64,000 nt of DNA from a virus. Taxonomy: Duplodnaviria; Caudoviricetes. The stretch lies in the IMG/VR virus record IMGVR_UViG_3300027898_000001; one strand, written 5' to 3'. This document shows, in pieces, positions 55,570 through 63,547 of this stretch. Position numbers and translations under genes: made by a program. Below the pieces are notes generated by a model that saw only the letters and a list, made by a program, of their open reading frames with translations, was not told the origin of the DNA and did no database searches. Every line of letters starts with the position of its first letter. Within the stretch, counting starts at the first letter, position 1.

Positions 55570-57213
55570 GTGGATATTCATAACGGTAAGGCCGTAGGGT
55601 CTTTGACGTTGGCGTACACACCCACACTCCCAAATCATGCAGCTCGTCTGCAAGACATACAGAGTGCGAGTGCAGCGGCAGCGGCACCAATATTTATCAC
55701 AGGTGTTACTCCAACTTCTTCTGGTAACGTGGGCAGCGAACAGTACGTAGCTAATACTGTTCCTGCTAATATCGTTGTTACCGATTGTGTGAGTGACACC
55801 GCCAATGTGCGTGTGGCTTTCTTAGCGGAAAGTGGTGCTTCCTTCTACAGTATCGGTGTTACTTATAATAGTTCACCTGTTACTTCAATCTCTGAACATC
55901 CTACAGACAAACGTACCTTCGTTGGTTATGTTGACGTAGTTATGTCAGCTTCTGGCACTATCACACTTGTATCATCTACCGGCGCTACGGCGTCTGTTAA
56001 TGTTGTATTGAGTGTTGGTGGCCCAGCAGTTCAATCTCTGAACTTAGGTGCTAACCCAGGTGCTCAGACTGAATTGAAATCGGGTGATACTATCACTATC
56101 TCCGGTGTAATTGATAATACTGCTGTATCTGCTCAAGTGGTTAATTCTGGTGTAGCCGCTAGTGGTTCAATTGCATTAGGCGCTACAGATAGCGGTGGTG
56201 CTGGTTTTAAAACTTTCACAGGTACTGTGACCGTTGCTAACCGCACTGGTACGTTCGGTGTAACTATTACAGGTACTAACTCAATTGGTACTGTTGGTAA
56301 TCAGTTCACATCTTCAGCTACTAAAGTTCTTAATCAGACTTTCCCAACTGTTCCTGCTCCTACTTTCACCTATCCAGGTGGACAAGAAGCTGTCAAGTCT
56401 GGTCAAACAGTTACAGCAACTTCTAGCATTACAAATGCCGACTCTGTTAGCTATGCCTTTACACAAGGTACTGTTGCAGGTCCAGCTGTACTTGCTACGA
56501 ACAAAACTTTAACTTGCACTAACAACGTGTACCAAATAGGCACGAACAACTATACTATCACGGCTACCAAGTCATCTAACGGTGCTGTAACTGTTGTTAA
56601 TAGTTCAGTTGCGTGTGCTGGCGTTGCAGAACAAATCAGCATCAACATTACTGGTTCGCCTGTACGCTTACGCTCTGACGTTGCCGGTGCCGATTATGTT
56701 GTAAACTTAACAAGTAACCAAACTGTTCACAGTACACAAGTTCCTACTTTGGTAGCTCCTGTGGGCACATGGCAAGGTAGTTGGGTACTAGCTGGTAATA
56801 CGTGGTCTCGTACATTACGTATCATCGACGGTGCTACAGCAGGCACAACTGCGTTCACTAGCCTTAGCTTGTTCAACAAAGCATTGGTAGAAACAACTGT
56901 TATTACTGCAGGTGCTTCTTACACAGTTGGTGGTTTCGTATTGCGTACCATTACTTTCAATGCCTTCGCGCAACATATGCCAATTGGTGCTACTGTTGTT
57001 ACTAACAGTAAGGTACATGCGCAATATGCGGGTACAGGTAGTGATTTGACGTATCGTGCAGACACTGGCAATGCGCAAACTAGCTTCACATTGACAAACA
57101 GTGCTGGTGTATTCCAATCAACCGGAGCTACTGACCTGTTCATTAGTGATGCTGCGTTTGCCGGCTCTAACACATCTGGTACCCTCCAGTTGACAATAGA
57201 GGAGCTTGCATAA
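55570..57213 (+). CDS. Virion structural protein, Thr/Ser/Gly/Val-rich beta-sandwich repeats
   Basis: 547 aa; composition typical of Ig-like fibre/decoration proteins; highly biased codon use. Confidence 0.7.
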   Translation: MDIHNGKAVGSLTLAYTPTLPNHAARLQDIQSASAAAAAPIFITGVTPTSSGNVGSEQYVANTVPANIVVTDCVSDTANVRVAFLAESGASFYSIGVTYNSSPVTSISEHPTDKRTFVGYVDVVMSASGTITLVSSTGATASVNVVLSVGGPAVQSLNLGANPGAQTELKSGDTITISGVIDNTAVSAQVVNSGVAASGSIALGATDSGGAGFKTFTGTVTVANRTGTFGVTITGTNSIGTVGNQFTSSATKVLNQTFPTVPAPTFTYPGGQEAVKSGQTVTATSSITNADSVSYAFTQGTVAGPAVLATNKTLTCTNNVYQIGTNNYTITATKSSNGAVTVVNSSVACAGVAEQISINITGSPVRLRSDVAGADYVVNLTSNQTVHSTQVPTLVAPVGTWQGSWVLAGNTWSRTLRIIDGATAGTTAFTSLSLFNKALVETTVITAGASYTVGGFVLRTITFNAFAQHMPIGATVVTNSKVHAQYAGTGSDLTYRADTGNAQTSFTLTNSAGVFQSTGATDLFISDAAFAGSNTSGTLQLTIEELA

Positions 57214-57214
57214 T

Positions 57215-57613
57215 ATGTCTACTCCATTTGAAATCTTTGTCCAGACAGAACTGCCAAAACGTCCGTATTTAGATACTGATGTTGCTGCCGAATCCGTCAT
57301 TGTTCGCCGCGGTGTTGGTCCTCGCCAATTGTCCGCAGTGCCATTGACAGAAGGTCAAGTGTTGGGTATGTCTGGTGGTGTGCTTGTTGGTTTGTCCCAA
57401 ACGGCAATCAACTACACTGTGACTACCTTCGCAACTGCTGCAACTACTTGGACTATTACACATGGTAAGAATAACAAAAATGTTATTTTAACTTTGCGTG
57501 ATGGTAGTGACCACGCAGTTGAAGCTGATGACATACAGTACAATGCAAATAGTATTGTTGTCACGTTTGCTGTCGCACAAGCTGGTACTGCTGTAGCCGT
57601 TTATCTAGGTTAA
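57215..57613 (+). CDS. Small virion fibre/decoration protein
   Basis: TWTITH...VILTLRD...VEADDIQYNANSIVVTF...G.A motif common in phage fibre-associated proteins; GAGGAG RBS. Confidence 0.7.
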   Translation: MSTPFEIFVQTELPKRPYLDTDVAAESVIVRRGVGPRQLSAVPLTEGQVLGMSGGVLVGLSQTAINYTVTTFATAATTWTITHGKNNKNVILTLRDGSDHAVEADDIQYNANSIVVTFAVAQAGTAVAVYLG

Positions 57614-57622
57614 TAGCATTGT

Positions 57623-57662
57623 AAAAGGCACTCTGGAGCAATCCTCAGTGCCTTTTCTTTTG
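57623..57662 (+). terminator. Intrinsic terminator
   Basis: AAAAGGCACT/AGTGCCTTTT stem plus T-rich tail. Confidence 0.75.
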
Positions 57663-57690
57663 TCTATAATAAGTGTAAATAAATATTAAT

Positions 57691-57831
57691 AAAATTTCTT
57701 TGTAGGTGGCTTTAGTTATATGTGAGTGCTGCGGAGCACAGGCGAATTGGCACGGTGGCACATCCTGTATTCGAAGGCAGGCAATTCGTTTCCGATAATC
57801 ATTTAGCTAGAGTCACCTCCAAAGAGCTTTT
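57691..57831 (+). ncRNA. Candidate structured non-coding RNA (novel), multi-stem with tRNA-elbow-like subdomain
   Basis: Outer stem 57698-57718/57804-57824 (21 bp, three G-U, one mismatch); hairpin 57726-57739; stem 57740-57749/57782-57791; hairpin 57764-57781 with UUCGAA loop; TGTAAATA at 57674-57681. Confidence 0.6.
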
Positions 57832-57845
57832 AAAGGAGATTAACT

Positions 57846-58523
57846 ATGTTTGTACTACCACAACGCTTTAATTTTATATATAATTCATTACAAGCTAAAC
57901 CTGGTGTTAATATACTAGTACCTATGTCAGGTAAAACTAAGCTACCTATGCAATATTACAAGAATGTAGCCGCTAGAGCCACTTCCGAGCGTATGATAAC
58001 GCCTGTTCTCCATGAACTTAGAACCAATGTATTTCGATGCAATGATTTCTCTGTGAAAGAGTCAACTAGCATGAATCATGTACTAGAAGGTATATCGCAT
58101 AGTGTGTACAATATCTTCACTCCACTTTATTTTAGATCTACCATTTTAGAGCAGATATTACCATATACTGATTATGCTTACATTCTAAATGCGGCTATTC
58201 TTGCTCATAAGTTACTTACTGGTGAATCAAATTCAGGATTTAAAGAATTCAACAATTGGTTTCGCATGTACGATTTGCGTACAGAATTAAGTAAAGTAAA
58301 CGGTACTTCTTACTTGAAGATTATTCGTGGTAATACCGAACTGTATTCTTGGCACGAAGAATTATGGACACATGCTGCTGTTTGGTTGATGGATGAGTCT
58401 GATATAATAGGCAACGAAACTCTAGCTCGTAAGTTAAACGTATCTGTAGATAAGTTGCTTGCCGAATTACTTAATATTAGAAATGTAATAGCTCCTCTAA
58501 ACCTGTCCCTAAAGGTACAATAA
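57846..58523 (+). CDS. Degenerate thymidylate-synthase/hydroxymethylase-fold protein (tentative)
   Basis: PLYFRSTILEQILPYTDYAYILNAAILAH resembles lYqRSaDvflGlPfNiasYalL; no catalytic PC Cys upstream; AAGGAG RBS. Confidence 0.4.
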   Translation: MFVLPQRFNFIYNSLQAKPGVNILVPMSGKTKLPMQYYKNVAARATSERMITPVLHELRTNVFRCNDFSVKESTSMNHVLEGISHSVYNIFTPLYFRSTILEQILPYTDYAYILNAAILAHKLLTGESNSGFKEFNNWFRMYDLRTELSKVNGTSYLKIIRGNTELYSWHEELWTHAAVWLMDESDIIGNETLARKLNVSVDKLLAELLNIRNVIAPLNLSLKVQ

Positions 58524-58558
58524 TTTAGATTAATTCTATTTTATTTGGTACCACCATC

Positions 58559-59974
58559 ATGTTAATATCCATTTCATCTTCTGCATACACTTGGTATAAG
58601 TATACGGGTGATAAACGTGTTAAATATAACGATCATCACCCAGAATTTGAACTCACACTAAAGCGCAATGAAATATTTGGTGTGGCTAAGAATTTTACAG
58701 TAGTACATGAAGATGAACTGGATATACCTTTCAAACTATCAAAATCCGAATTAAAGCATTTACTTACAAATAGTGTTTTGTTGAAGTATGACCACGATAT
58801 GTATCCTAGACTCTCCTTGCCTTGTAAGGAAGCGGATATTCGCCGCGTGTACAATTTTTACAACGCTAAACTATTTAACAACGAATTACCTACTGACATT
58901 AAGTTCCGTCGTATTACACGCGAAGGTGTTGAAGGTATGGCTGGAGGTAGGACCAATCTAAAGACAGGCAAATTTAACCACGTTATGTGGTATCATCCTT
59001 CTTCAATGACTGATGTACCATTCTTTTGTCACGTTGTTATACATGAAATGATCCATGTACTAAACAATGTTCGATACTTGGCTGGCGATGACTCTTATCG
59101 TAACGCTGGACATGGGCCAATGTTCGTAAAAGAAATGCACCGTATTAATGCTCTTGGTTATAAGATATTGCTAACGGTTAAACAGGAAGATTATCATATT
59201 GTTGAATCACAAGAAACTATTTATCTTGCCACGTATCAATTAAGTAGAGGTAAGTTGGGTTTCTGGAGCTATACACCGTTTGATCCTATCAATATCTTGG
59301 AATCATTGAATCTTGCAGGGTACATGCCAAGTGCTTATGAATATGGCACTACGCAGAACTCTCTCGCTATTAAGGCAGATCCAATTGTTCGAGGTAGACC
59401 TGCAGACAAGTTAATGCCTAAAGTTGCACACGCTGATTCCGTACATATCAAAACAAAGTTGAACTTCATCACAGATAAAATGCTTAGTGGATTTAAACCT
59501 ACAGTGTATAAGCGTATTGAACGTGATGCGCCTGTAGATGTTAAACCAAGTGTGGAGAATATGACTAAAGCATGTGCCAAGTATTTATATTTAGGTAAGG
59601 CTGCGTATGTTTCAAATATCTTTATGAATCTTGGTGTTAAAGAAACTAATACCTATGATATGGAATTTGCACGTAGCGCAATTAAATCAAAAGGTTTCAA
59701 TGACAGTGATTTCGACTATGTGTTGAAAAGCTGGTATGATATTCCAGATAAAGCTATATTGGCAGGTGGTGATTGGCTTGACGCTACACGATCTATCTTG
59801 AAAAACAAAATGAGTAATGATAGCGCTATAAATAAAATCGCACGTATCTATAACAGTGATTTCGCAGGACGCGTTGAACCCGAACGATATGCACGATTAG
59901 CTGCACAGTATTTCGATATTATCACATTATCTCAAACAACTTTAATGGCTGAGATTCTAAAACGGATTCGATAA
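58559..59974 (+). CDS. SprT-like zinc metalloprotease with N-terminal shared module
   Basis: VIHEMIHV...GHGPMF; TAATTTA at 58521-58527 upstream. Confidence 0.85.
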   Translation: MLISISSSAYTWYKYTGDKRVKYNDHHPEFELTLKRNEIFGVAKNFTVVHEDELDIPFKLSKSELKHLLTNSVLLKYDHDMYPRLSLPCKEADIRRVYNFYNAKLFNNELPTDIKFRRITREGVEGMAGGRTNLKTGKFNHVMWYHPSSMTDVPFFCHVVIHEMIHVLNNVRYLAGDDSYRNAGHGPMFVKEMHRINALGYKILLTVKQEDYHIVESQETIYLATYQLSRGKLGFWSYTPFDPINILESLNLAGYMPSAYEYGTTQNSLAIKADPIVRGRPADKLMPKVAHADSVHIKTKLNFITDKMLSGFKPTVYKRIERDAPVDVKPSVENMTKACAKYLYLGKAAYVSNIFMNLGVKETNTYDMEFARSAIKSKGFNDSDFDYVLKSWYDIPDKAILAGGDWLDATRSILKNKMSNDSAINKIARIYNSDFAGRVEPERYARLAAQYFDIITLSQTTLMAEILKRIR

Positions 59975-60639
59975 TGAACTATAATCCTAGCATGTACGCT
60001 CCATGGGTTAGAGTAGTTCGATTTAAGGATATTGTATCGACTGATGGTATTTATTATGTTGTATCTAATCAGAACACAGTTGACACATGCCTAGAATTTG
60101 AAAGATACTTAAACCTTACTTCCGATGAAGTGTTGGACTTCGATATTGTGACGCTAGACAGTCGAGAAGTTAAACTACTAGAGGTGATGAATCAAGGTCT
60201 TAATCCTGTGTTTCGTAGAAATGGTGTGTTGTCGATAAATAGTTCTTGGGCTATTTTTGATATGGGTCCTAAAACACCATTCGCAATAATTCCAAGATAC
60301 CAATTCGTTACAATGCGCAATCGTGTATTCAATGCAGATCGTATTTCATTTTTACTTTCATTGTTGCCATATATTGTTGAACTAGATAACTATTTAGCTA
60401 AAGACAACAATATGTTTAAAGAGGCGAGTCCTAGATATAGGGCTTCTGCTGTACAAGAACATGTTGTTAAACTGAAAACGCAATATCGGAGCTCAATATC
60501 TTTTATAGGTACCACATTGTTTTTAAAAGACAGTGGTATGTATGACGTTCTGATAGACACAAAAGATTCAAGGGCTCTAGCTTCGCTCTTGTCTAGGTTA
60601 ACACTATTTACTGATTGGGGTAGCCATGGAAATTTTTGA
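59974..60639 (+). CDS. Hypothetical protein
   Basis: ORF track; TAATG coupling. Confidence 0.72.
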   Translation: MNYNPSMYAPWVRVVRFKDIVSTDGIYYVVSNQNTVDTCLEFERYLNLTSDEVLDFDIVTLDSREVKLLEVMNQGLNPVFRRNGVLSINSSWAIFDMGPKTPFAIIPRYQFVTMRNRVFNADRISFLLSLLPYIVELDNYLAKDNNMFKEASPRYRASAVQEHVVKLKTQYRSSISFIGTTLFLKDSGMYDVLIDTKDSRALASLLSRLTLFTDWGSHGNF

Positions 60640-61213
60640 TGACAACAAATACGTTATGCTTTTGACTTCAGTTAGGTCTTACTATCAACAAACCCACAGA
60701 GTATACCATAATTGGAATCATATTATTGATGGTGTTAAAATAGCTAAATCTATACCATCAGATGAATTCAAATGGAATCGTGCTCAACAATTAGCATGGT
60801 TATTTCACGATATTGTATACAACATAGGTAGTGATGATAACGAAAAACAATCTGTAGCCCTTATGTACCGAGTGTTGAAGACATTGCAATATCGTTATAG
60901 ATTGTATTATGAATTGGATGAAGATGCGGCTACTGCTGAAACTATAATTCGTAACACGCAGTTCCATATTCCAAGTACAGCACTATGTAAGGCTGTATTA
61001 GATATTGATATGTATTGTTTCTCCTCATCTGATTTACTGCATAAAGCCAATGCTAACATAAAAGATGAGTACTGCTTAGACAGTATGGCACCTAGATATG
61101 AATTTCTTCGTTCACTTGTAGGTAAGCAGTTATACCATACAGACTATGGAAAGAAACGTCTACAACCTAGAGCAGAACAAAACATCGCAGATATTTTAAA
61201 AGATAGGATTTAA
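60626..61213 (+). CDS. HD-superfamily phosphohydrolase
   Basis: HRVYHNWNHI...AWLFHDIVY...DNEKQS...LDID. Confidence 0.85.
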   Translation: MEIFDDNKYVMLLTSVRSYYQQTHRVYHNWNHIIDGVKIAKSIPSDEFKWNRAQQLAWLFHDIVYNIGSDDNEKQSVALMYRVLKTLQYRYRLYYELDEDAATAETIIRNTQFHIPSTALCKAVLDIDMYCFSSSDLLHKANANIKDEYCLDSMAPRYEFLRSLVGKQLYHTDYGKKRLQPRAEQNIADILKDRI

Positions 61214-61217
61214 TACT

Positions 61218-61610
61218 ATGCTAATCTCAGTAGAACCTAGAATACAAAGTGGTGTAGTGCCTGTGTATGAAGGTCAAGTAATATTAGTGCGTAGCAGTAA
61301 TGGCAAGAAATGGGTATTTCCTAAAGGTGGTGTAGAACCTGATTTAGATAAGCGATCTAGTGCAGCTAAAGAGGCTTTTGAAGAAGCTGGAATAGCAGGC
61401 ACTGTCGGCAAGAAGCTTGGTGAGTTCCGCTACTTCAAAGATAAACAATTGCAGATAGTGCACTACTATAGTATGGATGTGGAAGAACTGCTACACAGTT
61501 ATCCCGAGAAGCATTTAAGAGAGCGAATACTAATATCTTTCAAGAAAGCCAAAGAAATGATTGAACCAGATCTTAAATTTCTGTTGAAAGCTGCCAAAAA
61601 GTCTCAGTAA
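61218..61610 (+). CDS. NUDIX hydrolase
   Basis: WVFPKGGVEPD...AAKEAFEEAG Nudix box. Confidence 0.92.
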   Translation: MLISVEPRIQSGVVPVYEGQVILVRSSNGKKWVFPKGGVEPDLDKRSSAAKEAFEEAGIAGTVGKKLGEFRYFKDKQLQIVHYYSMDVEELLHSYPEKHLRERILISFKKAKEMIEPDLKFLLKAAKKSQ

Positions 61611-61626
61611 TTTTAATGGTGTCTGT

Positions 61627-62100
61627 ATGAAGAAAGATAAGTATAAAAAGCGTGTTGTTATGTTAGGTACAAGACGGTTAGAACTGCAAGGTTACGAACC
61701 TCAAGCATTGACCTATCTTATGAACAGTGGTTTTAAAGCTGAGGAAATTCGTTGTGAGTGTGAGACGGTTCCTATTGTCCGCTATAAGTATGGTAATCGT
61801 TTTAGAGATTATTATCCTGATATGTACATCGCACATAGGCGATTGATTGTAGAAGTGAAATCTGAACATACTTTAGGTTTGTTGAGTAATACTAAGCGTG
61901 GATTCTCAATGACCTGCGCTAAGGCAATTGCCGCACATAAGATGGGTTTCAAATTCGTGCTGCTGTTAATGAAGTCTGATGGCACTAGATTGAAGATGCC
62001 TAAGAATTGGGCATACATGAAGAAGACACAATTGAATGCTGAAATAGATAAATTGAATCCTCTTCGCGGTACTGGTAAGATGAACCTATTCTTTATGTGA
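61627..62100 (+). CDS. PD-(D/E)XK endonuclease (TnsA/T4 gp4-like)
   Basis: QGYEP...YYPDMYI...IVEVKS...KAIAA...GFKFVL. Confidence 0.75.
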   Translation: MKKDKYKKRVVMLGTRRLELQGYEPQALTYLMNSGFKAEEIRCECETVPIVRYKYGNRFRDYYPDMYIAHRRLIVEVKSEHTLGLLSNTKRGFSMTCAKAIAAHKMGFKFVLLLMKSDGTRLKMPKNWAYMKKTQLNAEIDKLNPLRGTGKMNLFFM

Positions 62101-62615
62101 ATATTATGATTATAAAAAAGAAACCACCGGGTGAACGGCGTACTACTGCCGATATTTTGAAACGTGCCGCTGTTGAGCACTATGCACATAAAACCTACTC
62201 TTGTTACGTTGAGCTTGGTGTATTACCGTGGGGTAAGCGCCGACTCGACGTTTTTGCGTTAAATACGAAAGGTCATTATGTTGGTATCGAGACCAAATCG
62301 TGCGTTGCAGATTACAACACTGACTCGAAGTGGCGAGAGTATTTGGAACACGTTAATTCATTTTACTTCTGTGTTACCGAAGCCGTATATGCCAAGTTAG
62401 AAGAACGATTACGTGTAGATTGCAAAGAAACTGGTGCTGGTGTTATGATACTCACCAGCAACGGATTTATTAAAGTTGTTATCAATGCAAAGAAACACAA
62501 GATGTGCAAAGAAAACAAATTGAGACTACTTCTCAAGGTAGCATGGAGAGGCGGTGAATCAAAAAGGACTATAAAGCGTAGAACACGATTTCTTTTAAAC
62601 AACGAAGAAAACTAG
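62097..62615 (+). CDS. MmcB-like PD-(D/E)XK nuclease
   Basis: EL...RRLDVFAL...IETKSCVADY.TDSKWREYLE....FYF. Confidence 0.8.
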   Translation: MNIMIIKKKPPGERRTTADILKRAAVEHYAHKTYSCYVELGVLPWGKRRLDVFALNTKGHYVGIETKSCVADYNTDSKWREYLEHVNSFYFCVTEAVYAKLEERLRVDCKETGAGVMILTSNGFIKVVINAKKHKMCKENKLRLLLKVAWRGGESKRTIKRRTRFLLNNEEN

Positions 62616-62624
62616 GTATATTTT

Positions 62625-63545
62625 ATGTATGCTAAAATTCCGTTCACATCTAACTGGACAGAAGCTCAAGTCTTGTCTGTTATTGCCTCATTATTATCAG
62701 GCACAACAAATCCTACAGCACTACCTGCAGGCATTACAGCAAGTGCTTCAATCACAAATACAGTACCGCACGGATGGACACTCGTTAGGCAAAGCGCTGG
62801 CAGTTACTTAGTAGCTAGCTCACCTATAACAGCACGTACAAACAAGAGCAAGTTTGTTGCTATATCTACTGCAACTAATATATTGCAATTAGTGTTAGGT
62901 GATGCAAGTGCAAATACCAATACTATTACAGTAAACGGTACGACAGTAGCCACCACTACAAATATTTGTGATAGCAGTGTAGTTGCGAAAACTGGTTATG
63001 TAATGCTACACGTTAGCATTACACCTTCACACATGCTTTTCATGTTAGAGCGTCTTACTGGAGCCTCATTAACATCTGCAGGTACTAATGGTCTAATTGC
63101 GGGCGTTGTAGATCAAATAACTTCAGACACGCTATATAGTGATGCTGGACCTTTAATGCCAGTTGTACTTGCTAAAGATTGGACGCAGAGTAGTGGTTCT
63201 GCTCTTATTATGGAGCCTACCACATTAAGCTACACAAATGGCATTGCGCCTGTTGTAGGTAGTTATGTTGCTCAAGCCTATTTTGTGTTTAGAGGTGCAC
63301 AATCTCAAACAATAACCTTACCAGATAGTGGTAAACAGTGGCGTAGTGGTGCTAGTACGTCTGCACAAATTTACGAAGTAGGTTTTGCGTCAACATCCAG
63401 TGAATCTGAAACGTCCAAACTGGCAGATATTTATGCTACATCTACTGCATTCGCAGGGTCTCTTATTGAGAATACTATTAATGGTAAAACGTATGTGAGT
63501 TGGACAACAACCGCTGGTAATACCTTACTAGTAGCTAAGGAGTAA
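62625..63545 (+). CDS. Virion fibre-like protein
   Basis: T/S/A/G-rich; paralogous N-terminus with next gene. Confidence 0.65.
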   Translation: MYAKIPFTSNWTEAQVLSVIASLLSGTTNPTALPAGITASASITNTVPHGWTLVRQSAGSYLVASSPITARTNKSKFVAISTATNILQLVLGDASANTNTITVNGTTVATTTNICDSSVVAKTGYVMLHVSITPSHMLFMLERLTGASLTSAGTNGLIAGVVDQITSDTLYSDAGPLMPVVLAKDWTQSSGSALIMEPTTLSYTNGIAPVVGSYVAQAYFVFRGAQSQTITLPDSGKQWRSGASTSAQIYEVGFASTSSESETSKLADIYATSTAFAGSLIENTINGKTYVSWTTTAGNTLLVAKE

Positions 63546-63547
63546 CT

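Noticed and set aside
13290-57690. Claim that every TGTAAATA sits in a hairpin loop
   Set aside because: It holds strongly only at 8685 and 50646 and weakly at 12647 and 13295. Other flanking stems are short A/T pairings expected by chance.
57748-57775. GGCACGGTGGCACATCCTGTATTC resembles the 5' Alu domain of SRP/7SL RNA
   Set aside because: The helix-3 strands do not pair, there is no complementary loop-4 sequence for the kissing interaction, and no SRP S-domain GGAA helix is present. Probably coincidental.
57691-57831. Possible TPP riboswitch or bona fide tRNA
   Set aside because: It lacks the UGAGA and CUGAU TPP motifs, has no anticodon arm or 3' CCA, and the T-stem register is non-canonical.
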